Assembly: GCF_006345805.1 (NCBI RefSeq)
Contig: NW_021834953.1
Location: 1-44,737, forward strand
Length of the DNA stretch: 44,737 bases
Reading direction: 5' to 3'
Source: Octopus sinensis
Taxonomy: Eukaryota
Below the pieces are notes generated by a model, which made no database searches, was not told the origin of the DNA, and worked only from the letters and a program-made list of their open reading frames with translations. This document shows positions 23,241 to 35,553 of the stretch, piece by piece. Position 1 is the stretch's first letter. Each line of letters opens with the position of its first letter. A program made the position numbers and the translations under genes.

Positions 23241-24202
23241 ACTCTTGGTTTTCCTTTCTTTCTTCTTTCATTTGTATTCCCTCTCTTTGTTTTCTTGTTA
23301 CACTTTTTCTCATTCCACCTTTTGCATCTATGTTCTTTCCATATCTTTTTATAGACCAGCTTCCTGTTTTGCAAATAAGACCAGCATCCCAATTTTCAAA
23401 TAAGACCAGCCATGTGCATTTGAGCTTGAAAGATTGCTTGGAGACACAAGGCATGATAAATAAATCTGCTGAATCATTGTGTTTCCAGAGCATGAAACTA
23501 TTAGTAGCTTGTACTTCAATACTGTGCATGTTAAGTGATATATAAGTACACACACATACACACACATCTGCACATGCATTGTAGTTTCATAACTATTTAT
23601 CCCATATTCATGTAAATTCCTGGATATATTTTAAGCTATTATCAAAGACACACACACATACACACACAAATTCCATCTTCATTTAAACCCTTTCACTATA
23701 CTCACACAAACATCTAATGACATCTTCATCACTCTGCCTCTGTATACACCCACTAACAAAAGAAAGAGGCATTAAGCAATGAGCGCCATTCTTCAAAGAT
23801 AATGTTCAAGAAAGCTGAGTCCACAACAAGGTTTCAATCCCTGATAAATGCCATTTCAATTCAATAACAAACAATTCTCCCACCTCCCCTCATCCCACTC
23901 CTCTGCAAAGTAAACAATGTAATCTTTCCTCATTTCCCTTCCATATTGATTTCTCACAAAACAAAATAGCTGCCAGGGATGAGCACCACAAAATTTAACT
24001 AGGCTTCGCCAAACTACAACACACGCCTGTCTATTCACGTCTGTGTGCGTGTGTGTGTGTGTGAAGTAAGTGAATAAATATTGCACAGTGGCAATGAAAA
24101 TTATTCTTTCATGCAAAACAAATTTAGTAAGACGTGTTTAAAAAAAATGAAAAATAAAATTTAGTGCAATTAGCAAGATGAAATGGAGAGACCCTCAAAA
24201 CG

Positions 24203-24263
<61 letters not shown>

Positions 24264-24644
24264 TATATACATATATACATATATATATCTCAAAGCAGGA
24301 GATTGGAAAAAAATTTAGACAAAAATTTATTCACCATTACATGTGTTTCATTTGCTAATAGGAGTTAAAAAATTGTACATGTGGAAAAAACATGTAAAAT
24401 ATCACCTCTCAGAAATTCTTCGGACGGAATCAAATGAAACAAGTAATGTTGAATAAATAACACCCAAACTTTTTTCCTATCTCCTGTTTTGATATTATTA
24501 CTCTGCCAAAAATATTTTCCAGTACTTTCAACTCTTCCAATACTTTCACCCTCACATAAATGTAACATCTTCATATGGATCTGGAATACAGAAATAAGCA
24601 GATGTGCTAAGAAAGGACACAGCTTGGATTTGATTCCTATTTGA

Positions 24645-25025
24645 CAGGCACAGCTGTGTGATAAGAAGCTTGTTTCCTGACCACATGGTTCCAGGTTCAG
24701 TCCCACTGAGTGGCACCTTGGGCGAGTCTTTTACTATAGCCTCGAACTGACCAAAGCGTTGAGTGGATTTTGCACACAGAAACTGAAAGAAGCTTGTCAT
24801 GCATGCGTGAGTGTGTGTGTATTTGTGTGTCTGTGTTTGTCCCTCACCACATTGCTTGACAACCGATGTTGACGTGTTTATATCCCTGTAACTTAGCAAT
24901 TGGGCAAAAGAGACCAATAGAATAAGTACTAGGCTTACAAAGAATAAGTCCTGGGGTTGAATTGTTTGACTAAAGGCAGTGCATCACCATGGTCGCAGGC
25001 AAATGACTGAAACAAGTAAAAGAAT
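24645..25025 (+). mobile_element. tRNA-derived SINE (family 1, CORE-like), near full length
   Basis: GCTGTGTGATAAGAAGCTTG...GGTTCAGTCCCACTG...CTTGGGCGAGTC...GGCAAAAGAGACCAATAGAATAAGTAC...TGACTGAAACAAGTAAAAGA. Confidence 0.9.
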
Positions 25026-25034
25026 ATATATACG

Positions 25035-25183
25035 CAGGGTGTTCATAAGTTATCTTTACAACTTCCACAATTTATTTTCATACATCATCTAGATGTGTTG
25101 TGTGCATCTAATGGACCCTACATAGGAATGTCCTGATTTCCCCACTGAACTTCTCAAATTGTAAAGGTAATTTACGGACACTG
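25035..25183. mobile_element. MITE with imperfect Tc1/mariner-like terminal inverted repeats
   Basis: Left end CAGGGTGTTCATAAGTTATCTTTACAA (25035-25061) pairs imperfectly with right end TTGTAAAGGTAATTTACGGACACTG (25159-25183), which is followed by TA. Confidence 0.65.
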
Positions 25184-25191
25184 TATGCATG

Positions 25192-25602
25192 TATTCTTTT
25201 ATTCTTTTACTTGTTTCTGTCATTTGACTGCAGCCATGCTGGAGCACCACATTTAGTTGAACAAATCGACCCCTGGGACTTATCCTTAGTAAGCCTAGTA
25301 CTTATTCTATCGGTCTCTTTTGCCGAACCGCTAAGTTACAGGGACATAAACATACCAGCATCGATTCTCAAGCGATGGTGTGGGGAGAAACACAGACACA
25401 AATAACAAACACCCACACATACATATATATATATATACACGACGGGCTTCTTTCAGTTTCCGTCTACCAAATCCACTCACAAGGCTTTGGTCGTCTCTAG
25501 GCTATAGTAGAAGACACTTGCCCAAGTTGTCACGCAGTAGGACTGAACCCGGAACCATGTGGCTGGGAAGCAAGCTTCTTACCACACAGCCACTCCTGTG
25601 CC
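25192..25602 (-). mobile_element. Family 1 SINE, full length, minus strand
   Basis: Reverse complement starts GGGCACAGGAGTGGCTGTGTGGTAAGAAGC...GGGTTCAGTCC and ends GAAACAAGTAAAAGAATAAAAGAATA. Confidence 0.9.
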
Positions 25603-26479
25603 CATGATTATATATGTATAAAATATATAAGTTCAAAAGAACAGTTTCTCAGATTCTGTGAAGTATCTCTGTACAGGATGCCAGTGCATTGCATATTTCA
25701 AGATTTCTTACCTGATGAAGACTTTGCATGGTAAGAGATGAAATTCCATTTTTATCCATTGTGTAATTATATGAAACATATTAAATGCATTCATAATATC
25801 ATTATTTGGTTTGACTTCATTGTTATATCGCATATCAAACTCTATGTCCCAAACAAGCTGACCAGTCCTAAACCCCTTCATACAGATAGCAGAACTAGGA
25901 TTTGGAGAGGTTCGTTCTATTAGACTTGGAAATTCTAGCAACAAGCACTGCTGCTACACATAACACAAATTACATACACACACACACATATATATAGATA
26001 AATATAGATATGTATATATATGCATATGAATATTTTTATGTACACACTCAAAACACACACTCACACACATGTACATATATATATATATATATCATTCTAT
26101 GTGCTCTATGGTCTAATGACATCTTGAATTTTACTTACTGCTTTTCCAATTGAGGGGCCCCCTCACACCTATGAACCTTTCATTACCCTACCTTACTTTC
26201 AGTTCATCTCTGCAGTACATATGCTTGATGTCTCTTCTTTTTTTTTTTTCTTTTTTTTTTTTTTCGCTTTATAACTCCCTGACTTTCTCACCTACTTCTT
26301 TTCAACCTTTCTGGGTGTGTTTCCTAGTTTTTCCTGCTCTGCCTACTGCCATCCCATCCCACACTTTGTCACCTTCTATTCAGATAGGAACTTGATCCAT
26401 CCACAAGTTTGGCCTGTGGATCTCCTCCTCTTCTTGATGTCTCCTAGTACTTCTACGAACCAATGAGTGGCTGAGGAAT

Positions 26480-26690
26480 CTCATACCTGGCACACCTTCT
26501 ATCGTTTGTTTGCTTTGTGTCTCTGAATAAAGACAAACTTACTTCAAACACTCCTATTCGCTTCAACTGCATTCCCAAATATATAAAACCATTTATATAT
26601 CCAAAATTTATTTAAACTTGAGGGAATTTCTTAACCAAATTCCAGTTGAGCTGCCTATCTTTGGCATCTTTAATCCAAATATCTACAGTA
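26480..26690 (+). mobile_element. Decayed CR1/L2-type LINE ORF2 C-terminus
   Basis: Frameshifted FNCIPKYIK...EFLNQIPVELPIFG, resembling the LFNxIPKxIR...LDKFLxxIPDEP ending; similar to the 32940-33295 fragment. Confidence 0.4.
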
Positions 26691-27461
26691 AAAAAAAAAT
26701 GGTTAGAATGTTTCTAGTTCCGTATTTTATTACTTTCATTGACCAGGTGTGGTTCTTACACTCAGCAAGAGTCTGAACCACTGCCACCTTTAGGGGATTG
26801 CACATGCATGGATGATGATGATGAGGAGGAGGAGGAGGAGGAGGTGGAAGAGGAGGGCGACAATGACAACGATATCAACAATGGCAATAATGAGAATGAT
26901 GGGATCAAAAGATTTTGAAGATTATAAAAGAAAGCCATTGTTCAGTGAATATAGGAACTGGGTGGCATAAAGGGCATATTGTTTAATTAATACCAACAAT
27001 AATAATTAGTGCAGTGTGTGTATGGAGGGAATTTGGGGAGGATGAGAAGAAATAGTGTAAGAACAGGAATAAACACACTGAGTTTATGTTTTATGCAAAA
27101 TAAACAACTTAAACCCACCGAGTTTCTACCTGCATACACTCCACCACCATATACATGTACACATCCACTCCCCACACAACCACACATGTGTAACAAATTC
27201 TATTCACAATGACCAGAGCAAAAAAATATTTACACAAGATGCCAGACAGTGGGATGGAACCCCAGACCATATGTCTAAGAACAAACTTCATTACCTGAAA
27301 ACTAATTTATGGAAATAGCTCTAAGGTGTAGGTACAGGAGGTGGTCAGACCCTACATAAGGAGTAGACAACTATATATATATATAGTAAATCCCAAAAAA
27401 GAACAAACACAAAAAAACAACGACACAAGGACATGGTACATGTAATGTATTAGCAGATGCT

Positions 27462-27507
<46 letters not shown>

Positions 27508-27565
27508 TGTATGTGTGTGTATGTATACGTAAGTATATGTGTATATGAAAGTACATATGTGTATA

Positions 27566-27783
27566 TCATCATCATCATCGTTGTCATTTAATGTCCACTT
27601 TCCATGCTAGCATGGGTTGGAAGATTTGACTGAGGACTGGCAAGCCAAAAGGCTGTACTAGGTTCCAATCTGATCTGCCATGGTTTCAACAGCTAGATGC
27701 CCTTCCTAACACCAACCACTGCAAGAGTAGTACCTAAACAATGCCAGCTAGAAAAGCAGACATTAAACGATGATGATGATGAT
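27566..27783. mobile_element. Family 2 derivative with tails at both ends
   Basis: Opens with (CAT)n plus a minus-strand family 2 3' part (to about 27730), then switches to a plus-strand tail ATGCCAGCTAGAAAAGCAGACATTAAACGATGATGATGAT. Confidence 0.75.
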
Positions 27784-28029
27784 ATATATCAAGTCAATTT
27801 AAGTATAAAGTTTGTAGTATGCTCTGGTAACCTTAAACTTAGCAGTGTTGCTGGAATAAATAATAATACTGACATGATGTGTTATTTTATATTTTATATC
27901 TTAAATGATCTGTTGGGAAAGTGGCAATGAAAAAATTGTAATACAATGCAATGCAGTGTGTTGCTCAATCCATTTTATATTATTCATATTCTATATATAA
28001 AAGTACCTAATCAAATGGAAATTGTAGTT

Positions 28030-28382
28030 GTGGCTGATGCCAGTGCTACCTGACTGGCTCCTGCATTGGTGGCACGTAATAAGAATCATCCCTGCATGGG
28101 TCGTTGCCAGTGCCACCTGACTGGCTCCCAGTGCCAGTGACACATAAGAAGCACCATCCAAACGTGACCGATGACAGTGCCACCTGACTGGCTTCCATGC
28201 TGATGGCATGTAAAAGGCACACACTACACTCTCGGAGTGGTTGGCATTAAGAAGGGCATCTAGCTGTAGAAAGATTGTCAGATAAGATTGGAGCCTAGTG
28301 CAGCCTCCTGGCTTGCCAGTCCTCAGTCAAACCATCCAACCCGTGCCAGCATGGAAAACGGATGTTAAACAATGATGATGAT
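28030..28382 (+). mobile_element. Family 2 element with about four degenerate 5' tandem units
   Basis: Repeated GCCAGTG(C)CACCTGACTGGCT/TGGCAC(G/A)TAA units, then GGAGTGGTTGGCATTAAGAAGGGCATC...CATGGAAAACGGATGTTAAAC and (GAT)n. Confidence 0.88.
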
Positions 28383-28682
28383 GTATGTGTAATGTATATG
28401 TGTGTGTTAGTGAGTGTGTGTATGCATGCATACATATGCATCCTGGGTATGACATTAAATTGCATCCAGTCGTGAGGCTCTGCTGCACAAGTTCTGGGGT
28501 CTTGAAGAGTGTGGACCCACCTCTTAGCCATTATTGTTCCCATCTCTTCTCTGATGCAGAGTAGTAGTACTTTTTAGGGTTAACTAGCATATGTGATGAC
28601 AATCCGAGTGCAAGGATGCAGAAATACCCTTAGTTAGCGTCAGGTAGTGCAGCCAATCCACCAGCAGTGATGGATTCCTATC

Positions 28683-29113
28683 TGTTATCACAGTATCCTT
28701 GTAAGAGGACACTCTGGTGTAAAACCTGTGGTTTCACATGATAACGGGTCATCTCACTTCAGCCTATCGCTAACGTACTAATCACCGAGACACAGAGAGT
28801 GGTACTCGTGCTTTACAAGTGTTTATTGCTATAATCCAATGACATACAGATGTCTCTTTATGGTAAACTTATGTGTCGTTCCATCTGCTGAAAGTCCTAC
28901 GTAGATGGAAGATTGGAAGTGTGTACAGACTTAACCAGCTGGAAGCACACAGTAAGTGACAACTCTCATCAGTCACCTCAAACGATTCAGATCTGCAGCG
29001 GGACTGGATAGTCATCAAGGAGGTCATGGATGGAAAGTCAGAAATGCCATTGGTAATGAGGAAATTTAAGAAGATGGTAATCATCTGTGAAGATTGGGCA
29101 ATTACTGTATACA
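28683..29113 (-). mobile_element. Possible solo LTR
   Basis: TG...CA ends with a weak terminal inverted similarity (TGTTATCACAGTA vs TACTGTATACA), a minus-strand AATAAA at 28822-28827, and higher GC than the flanks. No clean target-site duplication. Confidence 0.25.
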
Positions 29114-29734
29114 CCTACAGGAACACAAGCTTATAATTATTATTATTATTATTTACAGAATTTTCAATTGCCACCATTTCTATATTTTAACACAGAATAT
29201 AATATAATATATCTATATATAAACAAGAGGGGCCCCCTGTATACAGAAGTACTTCATTGAAACATCCAGGATACAAGACTCTATGACAAGAGAAACCAAC
29301 CCCAAAAAGCTGCTGCTTCTGGATAAGCTAGGTTACACAGAAATAAAAACACTGGTTTTTTTACTGCCTCTTCAACAAACTTTTACACATAAACAAACCT
29401 TGTAAGCATCCAAACTGTCTCCTTTCTCCCATCGCCTGTTCCACCACCACCACCACCACCACATCATACCTACAGTGAAGCTGCCATACACACTATTGAC
29501 TAACATCCACATACATTGACACAAATACACTACTACAGGAGCTGGCTCACCTCTTGAAGGGGATCCTGTAAAAAGCAAGCTGTGTATATTGTAAACAATG
29601 AGATTCACACACCACCACCACCACCACCACCACCACCACCACCTCCCTTCACAGTAACATTGTTTACATATTCACCTATTCCACTCAGTCACTTTCCCTC
29701 CCACCCACCCCTCTCTGTCTCTCTCTCTCTGATA

Positions 29735-29863
29735 TTACATTTTAACTCCATATGTGTGTATATATGTAACTGTAAGCATGTGTGTCTGTGTGTAAGCATA
29801 TAAATATATATGTATATATATGTATGTGTGTGTGTGTATGTATGTATGTGTGCCTGTGTGTAA

Positions 29864-29917
<54 letters not shown>

Positions 29918-30065
29918 ATGTGTGCCTGTGTGTAAGCATATATATATGTGTGTGTGTGTGTGTATGCATGTGTGCCAGTATGTATGCATTTCATGTGTAA
30001 TAGTATTCATGTGTGTGTGTGTGTGTGGGTGCATGAGTGCATAGGTAACTGTGTGTGTGTGTGTG
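29735..30065. repeat. Compound (TA)n/(TG)n tract with repeated GTGTGTAAGCATATA units
   Basis: Direct inspection. Confidence 0.85.
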
Positions 30066-30500
30066 AGTATAGTAGAAGAAGAAAAGCTCAGAGATATTTC
30101 CATAATTTAGCAATGCTGTGGTGGTGTATGAGCGGTGGTGGGAGGAAGATAAGAAAGTTTCAATTAACAAAGGAACAATAGGTGGTGGTGGTGGTGGTGG
30201 GGGAATTAAAAAATTGATTTTTAAGGAAAACAAGTTAGGAACACAGAAGATATAAATAAAGAGATTGTTGGGAATGCGTAAAGGGTCATTACTGGGGAAT
30301 ATTCCAGTTATTTGAAACATTAGAAACAAAGAAATTCAGGGAGTTACAAATAAAACAAGATATAATTGATATTTTGGCTAACGGGATTCAAATCGCAGTT
30401 TTTTGGCCATGATGGTTCCAAGCTGATTATTAAATACAATTAGATTTTTCCAAATTGCAACCCAACCAATAAATAATCATGATAATAATAAAAATAATAA

Positions 30501-30715
30501 TAATAATAATCTTTTCTACTATAGACCACAAGGTCTGAAGTTTTCAGAGAGGGGACTAGTTGAAGTAATTGACTCCAGCGTTTCACTGGCACTTAATTTA
30601 TCAACCCTGAAAGGATGAAAGGCAAAGCCAACCTCAGTGGAATTTGAACTCAGAACAGTGACAGGCAAAATACCGCTAAGTATTTTGTCCAGCGTGCTAA
30701 CAATTCTGCCAGCTT
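30501..30715 (-). mobile_element. tRNA-derived SINE (family 5, Meta-domain-like) with (ATT)n tail
   Basis: Minus strand: AGCTGGCAGAATTGTTAGCACGC...GTTCTGAGTTCAAATTCC...CTTTGCCTTTCATCCTTTCAGGGTTGATAAATTAAGTGCCAG. The central segment resembles the MetaSINE domain as I recall it. Confidence 0.75.
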
Positions 30716-30719
30716 TTAC

Positions 30720-30746
30720 TTGATAATAATAACAGCAATAAATATA

Positions 30747-30793
<47 letters not shown>

Positions 30794-31370
30794 GATAATA
30801 ATAATAATTTCTTTTATTGGCTGCAAGGGCCCAAGACATTCAGAACAATCTCAAAGGACAAGATACATAAACTGACGGGGTTTATATCGAACAAAAACAC
30901 TACAACAATGAGGATATAAGAAAAGGATGTAAAAATAGAATTCTTAGTAGTGGAGTAATCAACATGGGGTAATTCAGGGATAACCCCTATACCAAGAATC
31001 ATCTTTTCAACTACATGGCACAAGGCTTGAAATTCTGGAGGAAGTGTGGGTGGAGCCAGTTGATTACATCAACCCTAGTGCTCAACTGGTAGCTATTGCC
31101 CAAAGCAATGTCTAAATTGATAGCATTTTAAGTCAAGTTTTGTGTATCATGGCCCAGGGAGTTCTCATCACAAAGATGAATATATCCAGAAATTCTTTGA
31201 AGGTGATGGGACCTGTCCCTTTTTTGATTTGTTCGTGGATAATGTAGATGGAGCAGGGCCTGTTGAGGAAGGTAATTGTGTTGCAGTGTGTTTACATGTG
31301 TTTGATCCTAGATTGTATAAGGGGGCCCATCACACAAGGTCCCAGCCTTGGATATAGAAATTTCTTTCTC
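30720..31370 (-). mobile_element. CR1/L2-type LINE 3' remnant with AATAAA and (ATT)n tail
   Basis: Minus strand translates KKFLYPRLGPCVMGP...EQIKKGTGPITFKEFLD, similar to the 32940-33295 fragment. The 3' end reads GCAGCCAATAAAAGAAATTATTATT. Internal continuity is uncertain. Confidence 0.5.
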
Positions 31371-32032
31371 ACTCACTTTATATATATTTTATATTATATA
31401 TATATATATACATTGTTTATATTTCTATATACATATATTGCACTATCAATTTATCTTATATAAATATATATATATATATATATATAAAATTGATAGTGAG
31501 ATATGTAATAAAACATATATTTATACGCGTACACACACACACAAATTTATATATAAATCACAGATATATATGTATGTATGTATAATTGTAATATGTGTCT
31601 GTGAATGTGTATATATGTTTGTAAATGGGTGTATATATTATGATCATCATCATCATGAAGTAATTATCGTTATTAATATTATTATTATTATTATTATTAT
31701 TACTATTATTATTGTAAGAAATGTCTATGTATACATGTGTATATATATATGCATATAAAAATATACTTTATAAATATATAGCGTACATAGGTGTATGTAT
31801 CTGTGTACACATACGCACACACACACACATACATATAGTGTATATTCTGAGTTGTGTCATTGTGAAGCTGAAAGGATTATGGAGATTATATACATTTTTC
31901 TACATATATAACTTTGTGACTCTTAATCTGTAATGACATACATGTAACATGTATGTCATTACAGATATATACACACACGCACACACAGATATATATATAT
32001 ATATATATTTTATACATATATATATATATATA

Positions 32033-32157
32033 TCATCATCATCATTATCATCATTTAACGTCCGTTCTCCATGCTAGCATGGGTTGGACGGTTCAACCGG
32101 GGATCTGGGAAGCCAGGAGGCTGCACCAGGCTCCAGTCTGACCTGGCAGTGTTTCTA
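32033..32157 (-). mobile_element. Family 2 element, 3' 125 nt only
   Basis: Close reverse complement of 6765-6870. Confidence 0.9.
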
Positions 32158-32224
32158 TGTATATATATATACATATATATATACATATTCATGTATACAC
32201 ACACATTTGAGAATGCATGTGGGT

Positions 32225-32412
32225 ACATGTTTATGTCTCCAAACTTGACAGCGGGTGTAGGTTCGTTTACATTCCTATAATTTAGCAGTTTGGCAAAACA
32301 GACATGAATTGAAGTGACACTATGACTGAAGTTGATTTGCTGAAGTAAGAAAAGCCTTCCAGGTAGAGAGGCCCAGCGTGGCCACAACCAAATGACTGAA
32401 ACAGGTAAAAAG
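32225..32412 (+). mobile_element. Family 1 SINE 3' half, degenerate
   Basis: AATTTAGCAGTTTGGCAAAA...CCCAGCGTGGCCACAACCAAATGACTGAAACAGGTAAAAAG. Confidence 0.6.
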
Positions 32413-32649
32413 AAATCAATTATACAGGGCCTAGTAGGGATCTTGCACAGCATTGAACTCCAGCTCTTTTTTGGGGAGGAGGGGGGGCATCAAAGTACTT
32501 CATACACACTTGCAAAGTTTCACACTGACTCAAAAACTTATATCGCACACACTGTGTGTAGATCGTGTACATGTACATACACACACACACACACACACGT
32601 ATGCATGTATGTACGTATATTCAGAATATATTTATATAGGCATATTGAC

Positions 32650-32720
<71 letters not shown>

Positions 32721-32939
32721 CACACATAGGTAGATAGATAGATAGATAGACAGACATTATATACACAAAGCAACATGTGTATATATCATTATTCAACATT
32801 TTTCATGATTTCTACAGCTAGGTGTCCTTCCAATGCAAAACACTTGACAGAGGGTCAACTTAGATTTTGCCCATTATTGGTCCAGCCTTGTCTAACTACA
32901 TGGGGCAGTGTTTTAAGACATATTTCAGGACATCATAAC

Positions 32940-33295
32940 TCATTCAAATAGGGAGGCGCTGTCTGCTGAGATATATCCAGTTTGATAGTGGTTTGTCCGG
33001 TATTTCTTAAACAAATTTATCCAGGTACCATTTTCTCCTTTGACTTCTATCATGATGTTTGGTTGAATAGGGCAGAACGATTTGGAGTAAAAAAACCAAG
33101 CCGTATTGTGGTGATGTGATGGGAGTTTGATTTTTGTAGGGGCACGTGGCTCTAAGGGTCAAACCTTGGATGATTCGTAAACTTTTTGGGAATATTTTCC
33201 ACATTGTACAAATAATATTGGCGCTCATGATGGCAATGGAGAGAATAAAGTTTGAACTTTTGAAGACGATTCCAGTATTCAAGGCCTATCTAACA
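32940..33295 (-). mobile_element. CR1/L2-type LINE ORF2 C-terminal remnant
   Basis: ORF 33007-33282 has IICTMWKIF and YLDKFV, followed in frame after the stop by EIPDKP, matching the ERYxIIYxWKI...LDKFLxxIPDxP terminus. Confidence 0.65.
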
Positions 33296-33299
33296 CAAA

Positions 33300-33762
33300 T
33301 ACACACACACACATGTATATTCATACAAGCACACGCACACACATATATACATATTTATGTATATATTTATGTACAGAGAGATAATATGCATACACACAGA
33401 TACACACATACATGCGCATACATATCCACACACACACACACACACATACATATATCCCCATACAAATATGTGTGAGTGACAGAGAGGTGTTGGGAGGGGG
33501 GAGATTTTTTTTAACATGTAGTAACAAAAATGTAGGAAAAGTATATTTAAAAGTATCAGAGAAGTTAAAGATAAAACGTATCAATTGATGAGAATTATTT
33601 GTAGAAGTTTGCTGTCAAGTTTAATCAAAATTCTGCATTCATTTCTAACTGTGAATAACTTCATTTGCTCACGTGTACTAAGTCGTACAACTATCTATTA
33701 CAGTCAGACAACTATGCCGGGGAGAAGCCTTTATTGTTAATGTATATTAGCTACATATATAA

Positions 33763-33796
<34 letters not shown>

Positions 33797-33804
33797 ATAT
33801 ATAT

Positions 33805-33836
<32 letters not shown>

Positions 33837-34389
33837 CAGTATATATATACACATACAAAAGTGCAATAGTAAACATGAAACCAATGGTAACTTTCTGAGC
33901 GGTTATACACACTCACCTATATTTACACACACACACATGTATATTCATACAAGCACACGCACACACATATATACATATTTATGTATATATTTATGTACAG
34001 AGAGATAAATATGCATACACACAGATACACACATACATGCGCATACATATCCACACACACACCCACACACACATACATATATCCCCATACAAATATGTGT
34101 GAGTGACAGAGAGGTGTTGGGAGGGGGGAGATTTTTTTTAACATGTAGTAACAAAAATGTAGGAAAAGTATATTTAAAAGTATCAGAGAAGTTAAAGATA
34201 AAACGTATCAATTGATGAGAATTATTTGTAGAAGTTTGCTGTCAAGTTTAATCAAAATTCTGCATTCATTTCTAACTGTGAATAACTTCATTTGCTCACG
34301 TGTACTAAGTCGTACAACTATCTATTACAGTCAGACAACTATGCCGGGGAGAAGCCTTTATTGTTAATGTATATTAGCTACATATATAA

Positions 34390-34464
<75 letters not shown>

Positions 34465-34551
34465 CAGTATATATATACACATACAAAAGTGCAATAGTAA
34501 ACATGAAACCAATGGTAACTTTCTGAGCGGTTATACACACTCACCTATATT
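33300..34551. repeat. Tandem duplication of about 624-628 bp, two copies
   Basis: 33300-33923 and 33924-34551 are essentially identical apart from microsatellite lengths, a 1-bp indel and one change in a CA run. The duplicate ORFs 33290/33923 and 33321/33945 confirm this. Confidence 0.95.
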
Positions 34552-34640
34552 TACACACACACACACACATATATTTCAGATATTCATATGCATACAAACA
34601 CCCACATACATACATGCACACACTAATTACACATATATCT

Positions 34641-34671
<31 letters not shown>

Positions 34672-34879
34672 TATATATATACTAAACAAATTACCCCCTA
34701 CTTTCAGTGACCAAACAGGATAGCAATTAAGTAGAAAAGTTAACATGTGACATGAGATATAAACTTATAAACCATTTAAGAATTTTTAAAAAACCCACTA
34801 GTCTGCACATCATGCACTCGTGGTGACATATGTGCATGTGTACATGTGTGTGTATCATATACACACACACACACACACA

Positions 34880-35115
34880 AACAAACACATACATACATAC
34901 ATAAGTATTGTGACACACAGACACACAAATATTTATATACACACACAACATACATACATACACATACATACATACATAAGTATTGTGACACACAGACACA
35001 CAAATATTTATATACACACACAAACATACATACATACACATACATACATACATAAGTATTGTGACACACAGACACACAAATATTTATATACACACACAAA
35101 CATACATACATACAC
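34880..35115. repeat. About 75-bp minisatellite, 3 copies
   Basis: ATAAGTATTGTGACACACAGACACACAAATATTTATATACACACACAA starts at 34901, 34976 and 35052. Confidence 0.9.
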
Positions 35116-35515
35116 ATTAGTATTCACACACATTTATACACACACACACACACAGTTAAAATTATAGCCTATTTTTCGTTATAATAAAAAAACTGAAAAC
35201 AAACCAGAGTTCGTCAGAAAAGTAAATAAAAGATGGGTTTATGAAATAATAAATTGTGTATATGGAAGTGAAGCAGTAAAAGTGGGAATGAGAACATATA
35301 TATAAAAAAAATTAAACTTTCCTTTAGTGTTTAATGAAAATTTAATTGAAATATCACTATGAAATTAACAGGCAATTAGGTTTTGGTTTCTGCAGAAGAA
35401 ATATATTTGTAAGTATATTTGAAATTCACGGTATTTCATCAGATATTACACACAAACAGTATTGTTTGGTGGGTGTATATAACTAAATAGATATAACAAA
35501 AATCATTTTAAATAT

Positions 35516-35553
<38 letters not shown>

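Noticed and set aside
25708-25944. 78-aa non-repetitive minus-strand ORF
   Set aside because: No recognisable motif; possibly a decayed retroelement, but I cannot assign it.
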